This document shows positions 40,354 through 64,000 of a DNA stretch of 64,000 bases, one piece after another. The DNA is from the human T2T-CHM13v2.0 reference genome, Homo sapiens: NCBI RefSeq assembly GCF_009914755.1, contig NC_060944.1; one strand, written 5' to 3'. The stretch's first letter is position 1, and each line of letters opens with the position of its first letter. Below the pieces are notes generated by a model, which was not told the origin of the DNA, searched no databases, and saw only the letters and a program-made list of their open reading frames with translations. Made by a program: the position numbers and the translations under genes.

Positions 40354-41138
40354 AATCTCTGAAAAATGTGCATGGGGTTCTTTTGTGATGATGACAGTTT
40401 GGATAAAGGTTCCAAGGTTCATTATTCACAGCCCGGGTAGACCACCTCCTCTGCAGGTGAGGGAGGGAGGGGCACTGTGATAGGACAGTGCATTCTGTAG
40501 ATGCGCTGGCTGCCTCTGAAGATCATACACAATTAGACTGCTGCAGTATGGAGAGGAGAATGCAGCTAGCTACACAGAGCAGTAGAGGTGATATGCAAAT
40601 TTTTACATTCTTGAGGCCCAGCTATACTTCTTGGACTGGCCTTGAGTCTTTCCAGTGATAGCCAGCGATTTCCTCAATGTGCGCATGTGGGCTGGGCACA
40701 CATGTGTTAAGGACACTCATAAATAATGTATTTTAACCTTCAGCTACCCTTAATGAAGCTGCATTACTGTTCCTGTTGGCAAAATGTAGCTTGCCCAGTG
40801 ACACACAACTAGCCAAATACTAAGGATGGGATTCAAACCCAGGAAGTATGACAAGCCCACTGTTTTCTCCTGATGGCTGGAGACAAATAACGAGTCCCCA
40901 GATAGAAGAGAGAGAGAAGGCAGGACTCTTTCATAGAGTAAGAAAGAACCAGAAATTGACTTTTTAACTGGCTTCTTGAAAATACAAGCAGTGGTTGTTA
41001 ACCTCTCTGAAACCCAAGTTGTAACAACATTTTATTCCAGAAGTAAGCCCAGACTCCTTGAGGGGTAACTGGAGCACGGCTTGCCCAACTATGGTCCCAG
41101 GCCTGCTAAGCTGTTTCTATGTCCCCTGTTTATTTGGT

Positions 41139-41758
41139 ACTCTGTGCCCCAGAGTAGACAAAAACTAGGTCCCCATGGTAGATCTGGTGACTTGATGAGT
41201 CAGTTGAGAAATACTCTAACACAGGAGGTACACTTTTGATGATGCAACAGGTTAAGTACTTATATTGCAGCATAACCACCCCTTCAGGTCAGCCTTTCCT
41301 GAGGAAATTGTGGAACTTAAGTTCAGTCTGTTTCTCACATATAGAAAAATGAAGCTAACTGTTAAAATCCTTTTCTCTCACAGCAGTCTTATGAGGCCCT
41401 TTTCCATGAGTCAGTATTTTCTTGATGCCCCCTGCCCCCTCCTTACACAGTACTGGTTTGGTACCCATACACTCAATGGCAATAAAGTTTCACATTATCG
41501 CATTTAAAGGGTAAGTAATAAGACCCTTTAGGGTACCACTCTTCTGGGGAAAACGTTTTTAACCTAATATTCATGCTTTTTCCTGAGTAGGTGCCAGCCA
41601 CTAGGGATAGCTGACCTAGTAAAAGACATGAGTCACTTGCCTTCAGGTGACTACTAACTTGTCTTTGTCAGTGATGGGTAGAGGAGCAAACACTCTGTGC
41701 CTGAGAGTAGACAAAAACTAGGTTCCCATGGTAGATCTGGTGAGTTGGTGATGAGTCA
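41139..41758 (+). repeat. ~65-bp imperfect direct repeat (41139-41202 and 41692-41758)
   Basis: actctgtgcc..agagtagacaaaaactaggt.cccatggtagatctggtga..tgatgagtca in both copies. Confidence 0.9.
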
Positions 41759-42087
41759 TTAGTGAGCCAGATGACTCCCCTACATGTCTCTAATAAATCC
41801 TGTCTCTTATATTCTTATGGCCCAAGAGACACTGAGGTCTAATTGAAAAAAGAACTCTTAAGCCAAGCCCTGGGTTTCTCTGTTTCACCTCTTACTGAGT
41901 AACCATAGGCAAGTCACGAACTTCTCTAAGCCTCAAACTGATACGTAAAAGGAAGGAGGGAGGGAAATAATCACCACCTTACAGGCATGTGGATACTGTC
42001 TGTTTAATGCTTGGTACACCTACCCATCTATGTGGTTTCTATTATTCTTCTTCACCTGAGAACATAGGCATGGTGTGGCTTGAGTCA
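41196..42087. promoter_or_regulatory. AP-1 motif cluster (candidate enhancer)
   Basis: TGAGTCA at 41196, 41407, 41629, 41752 and 42081. Confidence 0.55.
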
Positions 42088-42279
42088 TCCAGCAGTAATT
42101 AGGACATCACTGAGTTGGGTGCCTAGGTAACAGGACGGACAGACCAACACAACAGGAGTAAAGAGATGAACAGCAGCTTCCATTAATAAGCATAAGCCTA
42201 CTATCTGTTATCAATCTGCACAGATCAAATGCACAACTCATTATGTGAATACTCACTTTAGCCTGAATGTGTAAAAACA

Positions 42280-42580
<301 letters not shown>

Positions 42581-43228
42581 TTACAGATTTCTTTGTTCCT
42601 TCTCCATTCCTCACTTGGCTAGCCAAAAAGAAAAAGAACAAAACCTCTATACTGAGAACCAGGTCCATGGCTACTCTTTGGCAGGCAGTTTCTTTGATTA
42701 CCAAGAGAAAGTTTTACTTCCCAACCAGATAACCCGCAAGACCAACCTAGAAAATAAAGGAGTCCAGCATGGACCTAGAAGCTTTCTCCCGGCTTTAACG
42801 AGGTAAAAGTGGCAGCCACTGCTATTGCCTTTGATGAGTTCCTAGAGCATGTCCCTGATCTGAAAGCCAGGGCCCCAACCCGCATTCCCCAAGGCTAGGC
42901 AAGCCCTTTCATAGTGATGAAACATAAAGGTACTCATCTGGAATGAAAGGCCACCCTGAGATCTGATGACTCAAAATACTCCCCTGCTTTAAATGATGAT
43001 CCTGGCCTTATTCAGAATGCTGTCTTACTCATGCTTGTATATAATTCAGCATTCACATGTATAATTCACTTGAGTCTTGATTAGACTACTGGTTTTCCTA
43101 CTAAGAGGCAGACTTCACTACTTCTTAAGGTAGGACCAAGCAAAGCAGGGACACTGCCTCCCGACTTTTAAAGAGCATTTGTTACTTCAAATTAATATCA
43201 GTTATCATCATGAGAAAAAAATAAAAAC

Positions 43229-43234
43229 TTTATT
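43229..43234 (-). terminator. Likely SERINC3 polyA signal (3'UTR ~43210-46061); other AATAAA at 43722 and 44989
   Basis: TTTATT on + (AATAAA on -) about 2.8 kb past the stop. Confidence 0.6.
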
Positions 43235-43959
43235 GGACTTTGTTACATTTATTTTACAGTTTAGTATTGTTTGTATTTTGAATTACATTAAGGCGGAGGA
43301 TGGGGCACTGTAATGTTTTTGAAGTTTAGGACCTTTAAAGCTCTTAAGCTGACTCCGCTACTGTAAAGAAAAGCAGGGTATCTGCTTCACACTGGCAAAA
43401 TAAGGGGCTACATTTCCCCATCTGACCCTCAAATCCCTTGAAACGCTATACCCTGACATAAACCACTGGTTTAAAAGACAATGATTCCAATAATTTATAT
43501 CAAGTCCTGCTTCCCTACCCCACACCTCCACCCTAACTGAGCCTGTCCCCTCTGTGTTCCTCTGTCTAATTCTGTAACAAAATCTGAAATCCAGCCTCCA
43601 TCAGATTCTGGCTAGATATCTCTGACCTTTGAATATTGTCTTATTTTAGCCCATAATGAGATCAGCAGCTACTGTCAGTGCTATGTCAGTGCTAAAAATG
43701 GGTTACACTTTGCAAAATAACTTTATTCTTTAACAATCTTGTACACTAGGCACCAACACTGAGGCTCAGCTGCCTGTGGTCATAAATCAAATAGTACGTA
43801 CTCAACAAATAATAGCTGACAAGTTTGATAGCCAGAAAACGGCAAAGCTGGGATGCAAACCCAAGCAGTCTGACTCCCAAGCCTCTTAACCATTCTTAAG
43901 AGACCACCTACCTCCATTCTTCTTCGAACACATGTTTTTCCTGTTTGCCACCTGAATAC

Positions 43960-44985
<1,026 letters not shown>

Positions 44986-46061
44986 TCTTTTATTCTACCT
45001 TTTTGCACACCACCTCTCATGAAAATGGTTCTTGACAATGCCTTCCGTCTCTCATCTACCAAGTGTCTTACCTAGAGAAGGTATTTAGGACTTTTGAATA
45101 AATTCAAGACTTTGCTCACTAGTCAGACCGTAATTTTTAGAAGGAATAGGAGCATCCTGACTAGAAGCGTGATAAAACCTGGCTATCCAGAAAATAAAGA
45201 ATGGCTGCTAACTATAAAAGCTGTTGGAAGAAAGGGCCTTAAAATCTTAAAAGTCTTTGTATTTTAACCAAATACCTTCATAGTGCAAATATGATAAATT
45301 CACATGCATTTTACTTTTACATACTCATAACAAGATAGTAACACAGACTAAAGCTGCAGTGTTTTCCCAAGTGAATCTTCATTTTAACCAAACTCACAAA
45401 GCATTTATGGAAATTAATACATCTGGCAAAGCACCAGACTTGAATCAAGCAGTCTCAATGCTACAGTGTAAAAAAAGTAAATTAAAAAACTCAAGATGTA
45501 GAAGCAGTAGCCATATCAGCAACCATTCTTCTAGGGAAGGGACCCACATATACGATCCTTCCCCAAGAACTTTGATGCTACCCCGCTGAAGAGTTTAAGC
45601 ACAAAACACAGTGCTTGTATCATATAAGTAAGGACTTTCATAGAGGAAAACTGTAATATAAATGCATTTTTTTTTTTTGCTTTTAAAGGATACTGCAATA
45701 TAAATATATTAAGCATGGCCTCAAATATCCAACATTTTCCTATCTTACATTTTAAACCAAAGTTAAAAGAACCTACAGGCTTTATAAAGAACTCTCTTCA
45801 CAGCACAGCTGTAGTTCACTTTAAACAAAAAATGTTCCCTTTGTGCTATATCCTTAGAAGTAAACATAATATACAGATAAATGAGAAGTTTCGATTCTGC
45901 ATCAAGCATTATTCAATCTCACCTTCTGATATAAACCTGCATACAGTCAAACTTGCAAAGCATTCACTTAATATTTTAGTTGAAACAAACTTAAAAGGTA
46001 TATGGGTTTTCGGTGAAGGAGACCTTTGTGAGTTCCAGTGGTGTCCTTGGCACTCAGAGGT

Positions 46062-59843
<13,782 letters not shown>

Positions 59844-60639
59844 TCAGTATACTCCTTTATGACACAGATGTCGCAGAAGAGAAAGCGAGGCAAATCAGGC
59901 TTTATAGTTTTAACTCAGAGAATCATGGCTGGGAGGAAGTGGTTAAAAGTACGGGCTCTGGAGTAAATATTATTTCTGCCGCTTTTTACCCCAGCAAGTT
60001 ACGTACTCTAACCCCATTTGACCATTTGTAAAATGAGCTCAATAATGGAATTTTCCTCCCTCAGACTCTGCTGTATTAAATGAGCACTCAACACTACCTA
60101 AAATGCATTAACAGTTCAATAAATGTTAATTATATTCTGAGAGCATCATTTGTTTTAAAATATGAGAAAAATATAAACCTAACTCCACTTGCTGCTTACT
60201 GCGAATCCAAGTTACCAAAGCTGATATTACAACATAAAGCAACATGCCGGGCGTGGTGGCTCACGCCTGTAATCCCAGCACTTTGGGAGGCCGAGGCGGG
60301 TGGATCACAAGGTCAGGAGATCGAGACCATCCTGGCTAACACGGTGAAACCCTGTCTCTACTAAAAATACAGAAAAAATTAGCCGGGTGTGGTGGCGGAC
60401 GCCTGTAGTCCCAGCTACTCAGGAGGCTGAGGCAGGAGAATGGCATGAACCCAGGAGGCGGAGCTCACACTGAGCTGAGATTGCGCCACTGCACTCCAGC
60501 CTGGGCTACAGAGCGAGACTCCATCTCAAAAAAATAAAATAAAATAAAAAAATAAAGCAACACTACATGGAAACCCTCTGACAAATAATAACAGCAAGGG
60601 CCATTTAGCTCAATTCAAGAGGAACCAGGTTCCTCAGAA

Positions 60640-61760
<1,121 letters not shown>

Positions 61761-61867
61761 ACCTCCTTTTTTTTAAAGAGTAACCTAGGGCCAGGCGTGG
61801 TGGCTCACGCCTGTAATCCCAGCACTTTGGGAGGCCAAGGCAGGTGGACCACAAGGTCAGGAGTTCA

Positions 61868-62092
<225 letters not shown>

Positions 62093-63077
62093 TTAGTCTG
62101 CTAAAATCTGTTAGTGACCACACTACATGAAAGAAGATATAATTTTATTTCTTTTTTTCTTTTCTTTCTTTTTTTTTGAGACAGGTTCTCACTCTGTCTC
62201 CCAGGCTGGAGTGCAGTAACGCCATCTCGGCTCACTGCAACCTCACCCTCCTGGGATCAAGCAATTCTACCTCAGCCTCCCAAGTAGCTGGGATTACAGG
62301 GATTACAGACACGTGCCACCATGCTCAGCTAATTTTTGTGTAAAGACAGGGTTTCACCATGTTGGCCAGGCTGGTCTCGAATTCCTGACCTCAAGTGATC
62401 TGCCCGCCTCCGCCTCCCAAAGGGCTGGGATTACATGCATGAGCCAATGCACCCGGCCTTTGTTTTGTTTTGTTTTAAAAAGACAAGGCGTCACTCTGTT
62501 GCCCAAGCTGGAGTACAGTTGTGTGATCACAGCTCACTGCAGCATCAAACTCCTGGGCTCAAGCGATCCTCTGGCCTCAGCCTCCTGAGTACAAGCAAGC
62601 ACCACCATGCCCAGCTAAGAGAGGATATAATTTGAGTCATTATGCTTGATTAGGAAACTGCTTGAAATTGCTCTGAGGGGGTGACATTATCAAGTCATAT
62701 TACAAGGACAAGCTAATTCAGAATTAGCAGAAGTAAACAATGGATAACTCTGGTCTTAAAATATGGTCCCAGGAATAATCTTCATTTTTTTATAGATGGT
62801 ATCTTGTGTGCACTTTATGATAATTTTGTGTGGTTTGCAGCAGGGTGCTAACATTCTAAAAAAGTTCAGTTTTCTCATCTGTAAAAATGAGCATAATACC
62901 ACCTACTCGAACAGGGTGATTGAGCAAAGAATGAGATGATGTCAGGAATATAAAGAACCTAGTATAATGCCTGACATATTTATCAGGCTCAATATATCGT
63001 GGTAGCCATTATTATTTGTAATTGCAATAGCAATGGGAAATTGACCAGCCAGTCTCAGTCTCCAATTCTTAACTACA

Positions 63078-63535
63078 GTATAGGCCAAACACTGCAGAGG
63101 CATGTCCTCCACAAATTCTTATGTTGAAGTCCTAATGCCCAATTCCTCAAAATGTATCCTTACTTGGTCACTGCAGATGTAGTAAGTTAAGATGAGGTTA
63201 TATGGAGTAGAGTGAGCAGCTAATTCAATATAACTGTGTCCTTATAAAAAGGGGAAACTTGGACAAAGGCTTACAACACAGGGAGAATTCCACATGCCAT
63301 GTGAAGGCAGAGATCTACAAGCCAAGGAACATCAAAGACTGCCAGCAAACCAAAAAAAAAAAAAGCCAGGGGAGAGGCATGATACAGATTCTCTCTCACC
63401 ACCCTTAGAAGGAACCAACCCTGCTGACACCTTCATCCCAGACTTCCAGCCTCTAGAATTCAGAGATAAGAAATCACTGGGTTTAAGCCACTCGGTCTGT
63501 GGTACTTTGTTATAAAGCCCTGGCAAACTAATAAA
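63078..63535 (+). mobile_element. MaLR LTR (MLT1B/C-like)
   Basis: tatgttgaagtcctaa..gttaagatgagg..caagccaaggaac..gaaggaaccaaccctgctgacacctt..gcaaactaata. Confidence 0.85.
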
Positions 63536-64000
63536 CTTACTTACCTATAGTTGTCTTAAGAATGTAAATATCTCGAAGGGGAGACTATCTTTACAACGTT
63601 ATATCTTTTGTATCTTTACAGAGCAGGTACTCAGTAAATATCTGTGGGACAAATCTGTCCTACTATATGTTATGTCATTTTTCTATTTCAGTAAATGACA
63701 ACTCCATTCTTCCTGTTGCTTGGGCCCAAAACCTGGAGTCATCCCGAATGCCTTCCCTTTTCCCAAAATCCTCATCCAATCTGTCAGTACATCAGCTCTA
63801 CCCTTAAAATATATCCAGAATCTGACCATTTTCACAGTATCCTTAGCTATCACCTTTGTCCAAGCCACAACTATCATCTCTCATCTGGATTAAGCGCAAA
63901 AGTTCCCATCTCACAGCTGTAGCGACCCATTCAGAAGCTCTGAGTTGGCCGGCACAGTGGCTCACGCCTGTAATCCCAGCACTTTGGGAAGCCAAGGCAG

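Noticed and set aside
41139-41758. CRISPR-like repeat-spacer array
   Set aside because: Only two imperfect copies ~490 nt apart in a eukaryotic genome with no cas genes

Overview
Human-type (primate), Alu-dense genomic DNA. I recognise it from the translated exons as the TTPAL/SERINC3 locus (chr20q13.12, from memory). Contents: (1) complete TTPAL on +, with a CpG-island exon 1 at ~21645-21757, 4 coding exons that splice to 1029 nt (342 aa + stop), and a ~5 kb 3'UTR ending after the AATAAA at 40348; (2) convergent SERINC3 on -, with coding exons 2-10 (1383 nt here; exon 1 is beyond the right edge); (3) a processed RPL37A pseudogene with TSDs; (4) a 5'-truncated 7SL retrocopy; (5) a two-exon minus-strand 170-codon ORF (LINC01620/C20orf62 region) built partly from transposon remnants and preceded by a perfect 5-unit heat-shock element; (6) about 65 Alus plus L1, L2, MIR, MaLR/ERVL LTRs, MER20, MER5A and a half MADE1. 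The most notable unexplained signals are the HSE-fronted, TE-assembled spliced ORF, a 27-nt exact copy of a TTPAL ETS-site segment inserted into an upstream Alu, an AP-1 cluster with a local duplication between the convergent 3' ends, and a predicted SERINC3 3'UTR intron. Repeat subfamily calls and boundaries are by eye and approximate.
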